A DNA stretch of 64,000 nucleotides from a virus (Duplodnaviria; Heunggongvirae; Uroviricota; Caudoviricetes), in the IMG/VR virus record IMGVR_UViG_3300029288_000055, positions 96,001 through 160,000 of that record. One strand, given 5' to 3'. The translations under genes were made by a program, and so were the position numbers. The notes under the pieces were generated by a model, which saw only the letters and a list, made by a program, of their open reading frames with translations, made no database searches and was not told the origin of the DNA. Each line of letters starts with the position of its first letter. The first letter of the stretch is position 1. Shown piece by piece: positions 17,802-27,768 of this stretch.

Positions 17802-19964
17802 TTATAATATCTTTTTCAAATTATTGTTCATTAGTATCTGTACCGCTTCTTTTTTAGTCATTCCAGTTGGGACTTTTCTATTACTTAATGTTATTTTAGC
17901 AATTTTAATCTGTTCTTCAGTAATTAAATTATTAATTTTATCGTTTTCTGATTCATTTAATTTCTTCATGAATTGTAAATCTCTTGTTGCTATTTCTTTT
18001 TCACCACTTTGACCCCTTAATGTCACACCACCTTTTACTTTATCTTTTACAACAAATTCATTACCATCTTCATCAGCATATCTGTCACCAATATTTCCAT
18101 TATATTCTTCAAAACCTTGTTCTTCATCAACTTCTTCAGGTTTTTCTTGTGATGTTTTTAGAGAACTGATATCTTGATCTGGATTAGTCATGTCAGATGT
18201 TTCTTTATCACTTTCTGGTTCATCACCCACATTATGTGGTTTGAAACCAAGCAAAATGTCTTCCATATTCTTATCATCACCTTCTTCACCACCAGTCATT
18301 GCATCATTTGCTGCATTTGCTTGTGCCAGCAATTCAGGATTTTGGTCAGCTTCGCCATAATAAAGTTCATCTTCAGTTAAGTGGTCTAAAGTAATTTCCA
18401 ATGCAATCATTGGGTCATTAGTATGTTCCATTTCAACTCTCATACCCTTTAATATCTGATCTGGACTGAATTCAAGTAGTGATTTTCCTTCACCCTTGCC
18501 ACCGGGTATCATTTCACCAGCTTCTTCTTTATCTTGTGCAATCTGTTCAATTTCATCACTTTCTGGTTCGTGTGACATACCACCCATTTGTGAAATATAT
18601 GGGTCTAAACCATGAACAGGTTTATCAGAAATATATGGGTCTAAACCATGAACAGGTTTATCATCACCTTCAGGTTCATTATCCATTGATTGATGTGATA
18701 TTTGATCTTCACCATTATCCATTTCATCACCTTGAAGACCTTGACGTTCAGTATCAATAAAATCAGTATTTGCTACTTCATCATCACCAGTTTCTGGTTC
18801 TTCATTTTTTTCATCCATATGAAAATCACTACCCACTTCAACTTTATCCTTATCATCATAAGCACCGCTTATATCATGTTTTGCCATTCTTGCTGCTCTT
18901 TTGTCAGTTGGAATTTCTAAATCAGGTATTTCTTCATATTCATCATCTTCATTTTCACTTAATTTAACAGAAGTTGTTGGTTTTTTTCTTTTCTTTGGAT
19001 AATGTTCTTTTGGTTTAAATTTCTTACCCATTGGAATTGGATAATCGCCTAACTTTATTTCATCATCTTCATTCATTGTGCTGTAATTACCAATTTCGCC
19101 AGCAGCTTGCATTCTCTGGATTTCTGCATTTATCTCTGCAGCACTTGGAGCATATTCACTTTTACCTACTTTACGTGTTAAATTATGATATGCCTGATGA
19201 AATATCTTTTTCTTTTCAGGTGACAAAGCATCAACGGGTGATTTTGTGCTTACAGGAAAACTTGGTTTTGGTTCACCAATTACTTCTTCGGCAACAGTAG
19301 TCGGACCAACCATTGGTTGCATTTTTAATTTCATGGCAGGTTTATCATATTCATTTACTGGAGCAAATTTTTGTAATTCAGGTGCTTTAGTCCTAATTAC
19401 AGGATTTGTTGGCTTTTCATCACCATATGCCTTATTTGTTTGCATTCTTTCAGGAGTGCCACCAAAAGGATATGAATCAATTTTTTTAATAGCATCTTCA
19501 TATAAACTATCTATTGGTTCACTTTCTTCAACATCAATATATTGATCAATTACATCAAATAATTCGCTGCCATGTTGTGCATTGAATTGTTGTAATCCTT
19601 TTTCATCCATTTCAACTGATTCATCATCTGTTGCTGAATCAAATGTAAAACTTGTCATTATAACGCCATTTACATTATATACGCCTTCCTGATCTCCGCT
19701 ATTTGCATTTACTTTAAAAGTAAATGTTATATTATTACCTTGTTTATCAGTACAAACTAATTCAACAAAACTTATTTCACCTTTCGCTTGACTATTGCTA
19801 CGTTCAATATTAAGTGCACCACTTTTAAGTTGATTAAATGATACGTCAAGAACTGCTTGAGGATTAAAACTCTGTCCAAAATCTTCATTCAATTGAACTT
19901 TATTAACTCTCTGAAATATTTCAGTGAATCTCTCTTTACTACCAATTGGTTTAAATACTTTCAT
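17802..19964 (-). CDS. Large acidic protein with DUF5661-like motif, probable internal head protein
   Basis: GMRVEMEHTNDPMIALEITLDHLTEDELYY; very acidic. Confidence 0.55.
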   Translation of the reverse strand: MKVFKPIGSKERFTEIFQRVNKVQLNEDFGQSFNPQAVLDVSFNQLKSGALNIERSNSQAKGEISFVELVCTDKQGNNITFTFKVNANSGDQEGVYNVNGVIMTSFTFDSATDDESVEMDEKGLQQFNAQHGSELFDVIDQYIDVEESEPIDSLYEDAIKKIDSYPFGGTPERMQTNKAYGDEKPTNPVIRTKAPELQKFAPVNEYDKPAMKLKMQPMVGPTTVAEEVIGEPKPSFPVSTKSPVDALSPEKKKIFHQAYHNLTRKVGKSEYAPSAAEINAEIQRMQAAGEIGNYSTMNEDDEIKLGDYPIPMGKKFKPKEHYPKKRKKPTTSVKLSENEDDEYEEIPDLEIPTDKRAARMAKHDISGAYDDKDKVEVGSDFHMDEKNEEPETGDDEVANTDFIDTERQGLQGDEMDNGEDQISHQSMDNEPEGDDKPVHGLDPYISDKPVHGLDPYISQMGGMSHEPESDEIEQIAQDKEEAGEMIPGGKGEGKSLLEFSPDQILKGMRVEMEHTNDPMIALEITLDHLTEDELYYGEADQNPELLAQANAANDAMTGGEEGDDKNMEDILLGFKPHNVGDEPESDKETSDMTNPDQDISSLKTSQEKPEEVDEEQGFEEYNGNIGDRYADEDGNEFVVKDKVKGGVTLRGQSGEKEIATRDLQFMKKLNESENDKINNLITEEQIKIAKITLSNRKVPTGMTKKEAVQILMNNNLKKIL
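18592..18663. repeat. Exact 36-bp tandem duplication in CDS (DKPVHGLDPYIS x2)
   Basis: Direct reading. Confidence 0.9.
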
Positions 19965-19975
19965 GTCTTATATTA

Positions 19976-20422
19976 TTATTCAAAAATTATTGGATATTTT
20001 GTGCCAAATTCTCTCATAAATACACCAGCAAGAGCATTTGCTTCATTTTCATGCTCACTGCCAGTATCGTTAGAATCTGGATTTAATATGCCTTTTAGAC
20101 GTTGCATATGATGTATTAGTTCATGTGCCAATGTTCTTAGTACGTCTGCCAAGTTTCTGTTTATTGCAACTACCCTTAATTCATTTGTTTCTGGTGTGTA
20201 CTTACCAAAAGAATGCATACCTTGTGCTTCTTTTTCATCATAAGATATCACAATCTTTGGCATTTTGTCACCAAAACCAAGTTTTTCTTTTAAAAATTCA
20301 ATAAATTTTTCGATAATCTCATTTTTCTTCTCAACTGGAAGAACTTGTTCATTAAGATTATTAACTCTCTTCATCATTTCAAAGAGACGTTCTGGAGTAC
20401 CATATGCATTAAAAACTTTCAC
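19976..20422 (-). CDS. HExxH zinc metallopeptidase-like protein
   Basis: TLAHELIHHMQ...ENEANALAG. Confidence 0.65.
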   Translation of the reverse strand: MKVFNAYGTPERLFEMMKRVNNLNEQVLPVEKKNEIIEKFIEFLKEKLGFGDKMPKIVISYDEKEAQGMHSFGKYTPETNELRVVAINRNLADVLRTLAHELIHHMQRLKGILNPDSNDTGSEHENEANALAGVFMREFGTKYPIIFE

Positions 20423-20423
20423 T

Positions 20424-20675
20424 TTAAACTTGTTTCAACTGAGGATATTTATCTTCCAGTGCTGATGTTATAATATCAACGGCAACTGATTGTTCATAAT
20501 ATTTTAATTTCCATAATAATTCAGCGATAAATGCTCTCAATTCTTTATTTGTGGGTGGTGTTTTAAATGACCAATCACTATCAAATTCTTGTTTTTCATC
20601 CATCCATTCTTTAAGGTTAATTTTATTTACCTTTTCAAATGTTTCAAACAACTTTCTTTTATCACTATTTGCCAT
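20424..20675 (-). CDS. Hypothetical protein
   Basis: 83 aa, abuts neighbours, shares N-terminal motif with them. Confidence 0.6.
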   Translation of the reverse strand: MANSDKRKLFETFEKVNKINLKEWMDEKQEFDSDWSFKTPPTNKELRAFIAELLWKLKYYEQSVAVDIITSALEDKYPQLKQV

Positions 20676-20681
20676 ATTATT

Positions 20682-21461
20682 TTATATCTCATTAAAACTA
20701 TTTTGTACATCAATCTTAGACTTCTGTGGTAAATCATCAAAATCCGCAACAAACGTACCGTCTGGCAATTCATTAATGCCCTTTTCATTTTCTTTTGATC
20801 TTTGTTCATTAAACCAATTACCTGACCAAAAATCATTTAAATTAAAATAATACGGATAACTTACATTTTTTTTACTCATAAGTTTTTCAGTATTAGTCGG
20901 TTCACGGACTTCTTCAACCTCATTACTTAATGTTGCAAATTTATTATCCAAACCTTTCACAGTACTATCCAGACTTTCTAATTTGTCATGAATGCTTTTC
21001 ATTGCTTCGATATTACTTTTAATAATATCGTTTTGTATAGTATTAACTTCTTGTGCTGGGTCAGGAATACCCATAGGGTCTGCTGCTTGAGGACCGCCAA
21101 TCAATGTGTCGGCATTCATATCACCAAGTTGCTCACCACCACCTGTTTTATCAAATGCTGGTACTGGAGCATCAATAGGTGCGTTTGTATTTTGTGGTTC
21201 ATCGTTCGATGGCGCAGGAGGTTCTTGTCCTTCTGGTTTAGGAACATCTTCTTGATCACCAGCTTCCATAGTTAATCCCTGACTGGTAGGAACAGGTTGA
21301 CCGTCCCTTGTCATATAATTGCTATCTGGAACGGAATCAAATTCCTCATTATCACCAACCAACGGACGATATTTAGGAGATTCGTTGATCTTATAACCAA
21401 CACGAAATTTAATCTTTCTTAGATGTTCCGCTAAAAGATTATCATTTTTTTCATTTTTCAT
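20682..21461 (-). CDS. Hypothetical acidic/Pro-rich coiled-coil protein
   Basis: 259 aa ORF in operon. Confidence 0.65.
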   Translation of the reverse strand: MKNEKNDNLLAEHLRKIKFRVGYKINESPKYRPLVGDNEEFDSVPDSNYMTRDGQPVPTSQGLTMEAGDQEDVPKPEGQEPPAPSNDEPQNTNAPIDAPVPAFDKTGGGEQLGDMNADTLIGGPQAADPMGIPDPAQEVNTIQNDIIKSNIEAMKSIHDKLESLDSTVKGLDNKFATLSNEVEEVREPTNTEKLMSKKNVSYPYYFNLNDFWSGNWFNEQRSKENEKGINELPDGTFVADFDDLPQKSKIDVQNSFNEI

Positions 21462-21474
21462 TGTCGAATGAATA

Positions 21475-21666
21475 TTAATATCTTTCTCTCAATAATTGTT
21501 TGCCGTCTTTTGTAACGAAAACCTTATCTACTCTTTCAATTAAGCCTTCACGTTCATCGAGAACAACTTTTTTTGAATTTTCGATCTTTGCCTTTTCTAC
21601 TAATTCTTCTTCAGTTTCAGGAGTTTTGACAAAATTATCAAGTGCTTTTTCTACTTTATTTTCCAT
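21475..21666 (-). CDS. Hypothetical protein
   Basis: 63 aa; GTATTTAT motif upstream at 21687-21694. Confidence 0.6.
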   Translation of the reverse strand: MENKVEKALDNFVKTPETEEELVEKAKIENSKKVVLDEREGLIERVDKVFVTKDGKQLLRERY

Positions 21667-21704
21667 AGTACTTATAATTATTTCATATAAATACTATGTT
21701 GTAT

Positions 21705-22340
21705 TCAATTTGACAAGATAACTATTAGATATCTTTTAAGGTGAGCAAAATTTGGAAGTATTTTATAATATGATAGATATGTATTGCCATCCAAATCATC
21801 AATACATTTTTTTGTTCTTTCAGTAATTTTAATTATGATTTCTTTAACATCAAACTTAAAAAAGTCATACATTTTTAAATTAATACCAGTAATTTTATTT
21901 TCATAAAGAAGATATATCATTTCATTTTTAAAATTATATAAAAAATCAATTTCTTTTGGTAACACATCCATTAATCCTTGAATATCAACTATTTGAAAAA
22001 ATACAGGGTCTAAATTAATATAAGTATATTTGGGTTGAAAATAAAATTGTGGAACTAAACTAACAAATTTATCAACACCCTTAACATGTGATGGCTTACT
22101 TTCTTCAAAACTACATTCCCAATATAATTCATTAAAAATGATTTTCTTTTTTAAAATGTCAGCATTTTGAATTATTGAATTGTTTGGATTACATACCTTC
22201 ATAAATGACCAACCAACGTATAATGTTGGTAATGATTTGTCTACTTTATCATACTCAGTTGGCGTATTAATATAATTTACATAATCTACTTTAGTATGAT
22301 TTACCAATTCTTTTTCATAAATAATATTAGCGAGTTTCAT
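21705..22340 (-). CDS. Hypothetical protein
   Basis: 211 aa ORF overlapping upstream gene. Confidence 0.65.
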   Translation of the reverse strand: MKLANIIYEKELVNHTKVDYVNYINTPTEYDKVDKSLPTLYVGWSFMKVCNPNNSIIQNADILKKKIIFNELYWECSFEESKPSHVKGVDKFVSLVPQFYFQPKYTYINLDPVFFQIVDIQGLMDVLPKEIDFLYNFKNEMIYLLYENKITGINLKMYDFFKFDVKEIIIKITERTKKCIDDLDGNTYLSYYKILPNFAHLKRYLIVILSN

Positions 22341-23235
22341 ATTTTAATTTATTTATATACTTTAAAACACCGTCTTCCAATTCATGAAATGGTTTATTAT
22401 AACCAACACTTCTTAACTTAATAATCTTTGCCTCAGTAAAATATTGATATTTATTTCTTATTTTAATTGGAGTGTCAATATATGTAAATTTTTCGGGTTT
22501 TCCAAGACATTTAAAAACTGCTTTTGCCACATCATTAAATGAACGTGCTTTTCCTGTACCAACATTATATAAACCAGATATTGGTTTTTCATTACCCATA
22601 AATAAACAAACATCTACAATATCGTCAACATAAATAAAATCTCGTAATTGTTCACCATCTGCATAATCTGGACGATGTGATTTAAACAATTTTACCTGAT
22701 CTTCAGTAGTTACTTGATTATAAAAATGAAATATTGTTGATGCCATGTTGCCTTTATGTGCTTCACCATAACCATAAACATTAAAGAATTTTAATCCATA
22801 CCAATATGACGGTTGTTCTTCTTGCATTTCTGCCCATATATCAATTTGTTGCTTTGACCAGCCATATGGATTAAGTGGATTAAGATTTAAAATATCCATT
22901 TCATCATCAAAACCTTGCTCACCATTACCATATGTTGCTGCAGAACTTGCATAAACTAACGGAATTTTATAATTAACGCACAAACACCAAATAAATATTG
23001 TGGATTCTACATTAAACCTATCAAATATTTCACTATTCATTTCAGTAGTATCAGTATTTGCGCCAAGATGATATATAATATCAATTTCTCTGGCATGCGT
23101 CATAAGCCAGCCATATATTGAATCTAACGATTCGTTTCGAGTATCAAGAACTACAATACCAATATTACCTTGTCGTTGTAATTCTTTGACAAGATTTTGT
23201 CCAATAAACCCTTCACCACCAGTTACTACTATCAT
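22327..23235 (-). CDS. hldD: ADP-L-glycero-D-manno-heptose 6-epimerase
   Basis: VTGGEGFIG, YASSAATYG, PLNPYGWSK, FFNVYG..E.HKG.MAS, GEQLRDFIYVDD. Confidence 0.85.
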   Translation of the reverse strand: MIVVTGGEGFIGQNLVKELQRQGNIGIVVLDTRNESLDSIYGWLMTHAREIDIIYHLGANTDTTEMNSEIFDRFNVESTIFIWCLCVNYKIPLVYASSAATYGNGEQGFDDEMDILNLNPLNPYGWSKQQIDIWAEMQEEQPSYWYGLKFFNVYGYGEAHKGNMASTIFHFYNQVTTEDQVKLFKSHRPDYADGEQLRDFIYVDDIVDVCLFMGNEKPISGLYNVGTGKARSFNDVAKAVFKCLGKPEKFTYIDTPIKIRNKYQYFTEAKIIKLRSVGYNKPFHELEDGVLKYINKLKYETR

Positions 23236-23672
23236 AAATTCTTTATTTTTTCAATAACATTTGTTGTTGATCTGTTATCTACTTCGTAATATACCACTCC
23301 ATATTTCGAATTCTCATAACCAATTACTTCCCTGTTTTTATATTGATCACCAACAATCATATAATCAATATTCAATATTTTAATCAAGTTTCTTAATTCA
23401 TCATCTGTGCTAAATATAAATACTTTGTCAACCATTCTCAAATTACGCATTATTGTTAACCTTGTGTTAAGGTCATTAATTGGTCGTTTATTTCCTTTTA
23501 ATTGCTTAACCCTTTCATCTGTATCAAGTCCAACAAATAACTTATTAAATGGCTTAAATCCTACAATATCGTGGTGTGTTTTAAGACCATCATTATAATT
23601 CTTCGCATACCACAATAAATCAATGTGCCCTGTGTGTAATATGTCAAAACATCCATTTGTCCAGATATTCAT
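23232..23672 (-). CDS. RfaE domain II-like heptose-1-phosphate adenylyltransferase
   Basis: TNGCFDILHTGH, VGLDTD..V..LKG..RPIN, STT. Confidence 0.85.
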   Translation of the reverse strand: MNIWTNGCFDILHTGHIDLLWYAKNYNDGLKTHHDIVGFKPFNKLFVGLDTDERVKQLKGNKRPINDLNTRLTIMRNLRMVDKVFIFSTDDELRNLIKILNIDYMIVGDQYKNREVIGYENSKYGVVYYEVDNRSTTNVIEKIKNL

Positions 23673-23673
23673 T

Positions 23674-23961
23674 TTAAATTTCTTCTATTCTCTTACTCTT
23701 ATCATCGATCAGCAAATCATATGCAGGTTTCTGTCTCATAACTACATCATGAAATTTACAACCCCAATCAGTGAGTTGCATTGCTGTCAATTCAGTCCAG
23801 TTTCTACCTGTATTCTGACCTCTGGCTGACCAATAAATAATTATGTTTCCTTCGTCATAAAGTTTATTGATCTTTGCAATAGCAGCATGATCTGGTTTTG
23901 AATTATCATAACCACCTTCAGTATGACAGATTGTTCCGTCAATATCACAATATATCAGCAT
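23674..23961 (-). CDS. Minimal HAD phosphatase
   Basis: DIDGTI, WSARG, KP.YDLLIDD. Confidence 0.75.
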   Translation of the reverse strand: MLIYCDIDGTICHTEGGYDNSKPDHAAIAKINKLYDEGNIIIYWSARGQNTGRNWTELTAMQLTDWGCKFHDVVMRQKPAYDLLIDDKSKRIEEI

Positions 23962-23965
23962 TATT

Positions 23966-25102
23966 CTAATCTCCTTTCTCTATTCTTATTGAGTCTTCTG
24001 GAAAATCAGTTGTTGAAACTTCAACAATAATTGAATTTGATAAAGCCATTAACTGATGTTCCATATTCGGTTTAATTTCAATCTTATCACCTGCCTTGAA
24101 TTTAAAGTAATCGAAAATTTCATTATCTTCGGTATTCAGCACACATTCAAAACTACCCCACATACAAAACCATAGTTCTTGCTTTAATATGTGTTTATGC
24201 CAGCTAAACTTCTTTCCCTTAAAAAAAACCAAGTATTTCAAACAATACTTATCGTTATTAACTAAATGTATTTCCAATCCCCACCCCTTTTTAACTATTT
24301 TAGAGTTTGAACATAATCCGATAAAAACCAGAGTCCAAAACTCTCTATTATAGTTGGTGATATTGTGGCATCTTCTACATAAGGTTATTAAATTATTTTC
24401 GTCCTTATTTTTCTTATTATAATCAATATGATGCACATGTAAATCTTCAGTCGCACCACATAGTTGACAACAATTGTTATCTCTTTTTTTAATTTTATTT
24501 TTTAATTTCTTATTAAATCCAAACGAATATTTATGATCCCCATTAATATTAGTAGTAAATTCTTTATTGTTACCATTATTCCTCGAACAATCCAATGAAC
24601 AAAACACTCTTTCCTGTCCTTTATGTAGATTTCTTCTTGTGTATTCGAATTTCTCACCACAATCCTCACAAATTCTATTTTCTTTATCGCCAATCCACGC
24701 AGGATTATTTTCATTTAACCTCTGTTGACTCATATATATGCTTAAACATTCTCTGGAACACACAATTCTTTCACCATAATGTTTAAACTCTTTACCACAA
24801 ACCAAACAATTCGATGTTGTTCGTGAATCACCCTTCTCTATTGCTTCTAACTGACATTTCTTTGAGCAATATTGTCTGTCTTTTTCCCAAGTCGGTACAT
24901 TAAATTCTTTTTGACATTTTTTACAAACCAACGTTAATTTACGATTTTCATTGGTTTGTTTTTTATTTTGAATTCGTTTACATGTATAACAAATATCAGT
25001 GTTCACATATCTCTTATCAACATGTCCGTGTTTACAAGGTTCGCCAGTAAAATACCATTTTTGACCAATTTTTTTTGCTTCTTCCCTTGTAATTATTTTC
25101 AT
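23966..25102 (-). CDS. HNH endonuclease/Zn-finger repeats fused to sugar-isomerase-like cupin
   Basis: CxxC..CS repeats, RDNNCCQLCG..HVHHIDY..NLITLCRRCH, then KGWG.E..N.DKYC.K...FSWHKH..K.E...H cupin. Confidence 0.75.
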   Translation of the reverse strand: MKIITREEAKKIGQKWYFTGEPCKHGHVDKRYVNTDICYTCKRIQNKKQTNENRKLTLVCKKCQKEFNVPTWEKDRQYCSKKCQLEAIEKGDSRTTSNCLVCGKEFKHYGERIVCSRECLSIYMSQQRLNENNPAWIGDKENRICEDCGEKFEYTRRNLHKGQERVFCSLDCSRNNGNNKEFTTNINGDHKYSFGFNKKLKNKIKKRDNNCCQLCGATEDLHVHHIDYNKKNKDENNLITLCRRCHNITNYNREFWTLVFIGLCSNSKIVKKGWGLEIHLVNNDKYCLKYLVFFKGKKFSWHKHILKQELWFCMWGSFECVLNTEDNEIFDYFKFKAGDKIEIKPNMEHQLMALSNSIIVEVSTTDFPEDSIRIEKGD

Positions 25103-25103
25103 T

Positions 25104-25877
25104 TTATTGTATTTTATTTAAATCAATAGTAACTACCCCCTTTTGTGTAACTACCCATGAAGCACATTTATTTGCAAAATCTATCGCTTTTTCCATGTTT
25201 TTATTTTCCAAATACTTTGCCACCAGTGCAGCCATAAAAGTATCGCCAGCACCACTTAAATCTCTTACTGGATGATCTTCATTAATTGAAATTAGATGCT
25301 GTACAATTTTTTTCTTCAAATTTGAATACATTGCACCTTTATCACCAAGAGTAATAATTACATTATTTTCAAACATATGATCTAACCATGCTTGGTTTCT
25401 CTGATATTCTTTGTTATTTACTTTGATACAAAATATATTACTACACCAAATACTAATTTCTTTTTTAGTGTCCATAAATACATGATTGTGATTTTCTGTT
25501 AAATATTCAATATCGTCTATGTCAAGAAATCCTTTATTATAATCACTAACCACAATTGCATCGTATTTTTTAAAATCAATATCTGCCAGTCGTTCTACAG
25601 TAACTTCATCAACTTCATCGTTTTCATCAACCCTGAGTAACATTTGATTGCTGGTTTCATCAACATAACGAGTTTTAGTTATACCACTATCAGTAATAAT
25701 ATCACATTCAACACCCAACGCTAATAAATTAGCATATACATTCATTGCCATACCGCTATTATGATTCTTTTTTGTTGGCTTAAATATAGGAACTGGTGCT
25801 TCAGGACTCAGCCTATCACACTTACCGTATTGAAATACATCTTTACAACCATCACCAATTACTAATACTTTTTTCAT
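25104..25877 (-). CDS. RfaE domain I-like heptose-7-phosphate kinase (PfkB)
   Basis: IGDGCKD..RLSPEAPVP, SDYNKG, DLSGAGDTF. Confidence 0.85.
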   Translation of the reverse strand: MKKVLVIGDGCKDVFQYGKCDRLSPEAPVPIFKPTKKNHNSGMAMNVYANLLALGVECDIITDSGITKTRYVDETSNQMLLRVDENDEVDEVTVERLADIDFKKYDAIVVSDYNKGFLDIDDIEYLTENHNHVFMDTKKEISIWCSNIFCIKVNNKEYQRNQAWLDHMFENNVIITLGDKGAMYSNLKKKIVQHLISINEDHPVRDLSGAGDTFMAALVAKYLENKNMEKAIDFANKCASWVVTQKGVVTIDLNKIQ

Positions 25878-25879
25878 AA

Positions 25880-26359
25880 TTAAAATTCTTCTCTTAATAT
25901 CGACATTATTATTGAATTAACCCAAACACCATTCTTTTGTACTTCTTCTCTTTTAATTCCTTCTATTATAAATCCAATTTTTTTATATAATGAAATTGCT
26001 CTTATATTTGTTTCCAATACTTCTAATGATATTTTATGTAAATTTAATTTATTAAACAAAATTGGTATAAATATACAATAGCTTGCATATGCAATTCCCA
26101 TACCTCTATAATCCTTATGTAAATCAGCACCAATGTAAATATTTTTGTTTTTAATTGAATAATTGCTTGTTCTAAAGTATCCTACATTTTCTCCTAAAAA
26201 TTTAATCATCCAGAACATCGGCTTAGTCTTATTAAACCAATCAATTGTTTGTTTAAGCGTATATTTGTCTGAATCATGTAAATATTCTTCACAACATTCA
26301 TTTCTAACTTCATTTAAAAAAGATAAATCATCAAATTTTATTTCATTAATTTCAATCAT
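25880..26359 (-). CDS. GNAT N-acetyltransferase (PseH-like)
   Basis: YRGMGIA, LEVLETNIRAISLYKKIGF..EG. Confidence 0.8.
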   Translation of the reverse strand: MIEINEIKFDDLSFLNEVRNECCEEYLHDSDKYTLKQTIDWFNKTKPMFWMIKFLGENVGYFRTSNYSIKNKNIYIGADLHKDYRGMGIAYASYCIFIPILFNKLNLHKISLEVLETNIRAISLYKKIGFIIEGIKREEVQKNGVWVNSIIMSILREEF

Positions 26360-27063
26360 TTACATACATTTTGAATTGGTGTAAATATTTTTGTTTTATT
26401 TTTAACATTTGTAGAAGTAAAATCAGTAATATATCCATTAGCATAATAATCAACTATATATTCTATTGAATAATCTTCAATAAAAATTTCATTCTCAATA
26501 AAATATCTTGAAAATGCTCTTTGATAATTTGTACCTCTAAAAATAAGATCGGGATATTTTTTACCATAAGTATCAAACCATTCTGAATATTTTATATTAG
26601 TTATAAGATTTCTAATTGTATTCTTTGAAATGATACCATTAGATATTTGGCAATGTTTTAAATCATTTTCTCCACCAACTTTTGAACATAAAAAAGTGCC
26701 TTCTTTATATATTTGAATTAATTTCATGTCAAAATTATCAATTGCTGGAACATAATCATCTTCAATAAAAATAAAATAATCAAAATCGTTTAAAAATAAA
26801 TTTGCTGCTTTCAGCCATTGCCCATATGATTGATATTTGTTTTCACAATCAACTATTTTAATTTTATCATTTAAATTAATATCATCATAATATGAATTTA
26901 CCACATTAGATTTTGGTTTCATTATTGTTATTTGTACTATTGAATTTAAGGTGTTATTCAATATTTTAATATGATTTCTTAAAACTTGTTCATAATATGT
27001 TACATTACAAACTGGTTTCACTCTAATTCCATTCCATGTGGCAATAATATAATTAATTTTCAT
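26356..27063 (-). CDS. Putative glycosyltransferase
   Basis: FDYFIFIEDDY; cluster context. Confidence 0.5.
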   Translation of the reverse strand: MKINYIIATWNGIRVKPVCNVTYYEQVLRNHIKILNNTLNSIVQITIMKPKSNVVNSYYDDINLNDKIKIVDCENKYQSYGQWLKAANLFLNDFDYFIFIEDDYVPAIDNFDMKLIQIYKEGTFLCSKVGGENDLKHCQISNGIISKNTIRNLITNIKYSEWFDTYGKKYPDLIFRGTNYQRAFSRYFIENEIFIEDYSIEYIVDYYANGYITDFTSTNVKNKTKIFTPIQNVCK

Positions 27064-27743
27064 TATTTTTTTGTTACTCTATATATTGAATGTAATGCTC
27101 CCGCATCAAATGTATCAATCAAATCAATATTGATATTCAATTTAATTTTTAAATCATTAACTTGTTGTAGTGTATTATATGTTATTTGATAATTATCAAC
27201 AAAATCATATGCTGTACCTCTTAATTCATATTTATCACCATGAATCATAGAAAATATAATATTTCCGCCTCTTTCTACTATTGGAAGAAGTTTATTTAAT
27301 ATTTTTTCTGTTTCTTCAATAGTGGTATGAGTAAAAACACTAAGTAATAACACAGTTTCACTGATTTCTATTGCTTTTTTTTCTAATTCGCTTTCGGTAA
27401 ATCCTAATTCTATTCTATTATCATTTCCAAATAATTCTATTGCTTTACTTATACAAGCATTAGTCCAATTACTTTCAAATTTTTCTAAACCAATATAATG
27501 AAAAAATTTTAATCTTTTACTTAAAAAATTAGAAACTCTTGCAGACCCACAACCATAATCCAATATTTTCATTTCCTCTTTATATTTCTCACCCATTGCA
27601 TTAATAAAAGATGCAATACATAATGACGCTTTTGGTTCGGGGTCAGTTCCTACAATTATACCAACATTTTCGTAATTATTCACAATTGGACTATAATATT
27701 CTTTACTCCAATTATTTATCCATAAATTATCAGTAAATTTCAT
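27063..27743 (-). CDS. Class I SAM-dependent methyltransferase
   Basis: ILDYGCGSAR, SVFTH. Confidence 0.8.
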   Translation of the reverse strand: MKFTDNLWINNWSKEYYSPIVNNYENVGIIVGTDPEPKASLCIASFINAMGEKYKEEMKILDYGCGSARVSNFLSKRLKFFHYIGLEKFESNWTNACISKAIELFGNDNRIELGFTESELEKKAIEISETVLLLSVFTHTTIEETEKILNKLLPIVERGGNIIFSMIHGDKYELRGTAYDFVDNYQITYNTLQQVNDLKIKLNINIDLIDTFDAGALHSIYRVTKK

Positions 27744-27768
27744 TATTATTCTTTATTATAAAATTATT

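Noticed and set aside
18592-18663. 36-bp duplication as a functional repeat system
   Set aside because: Only two copies, in frame in a disordered region; likely slippage
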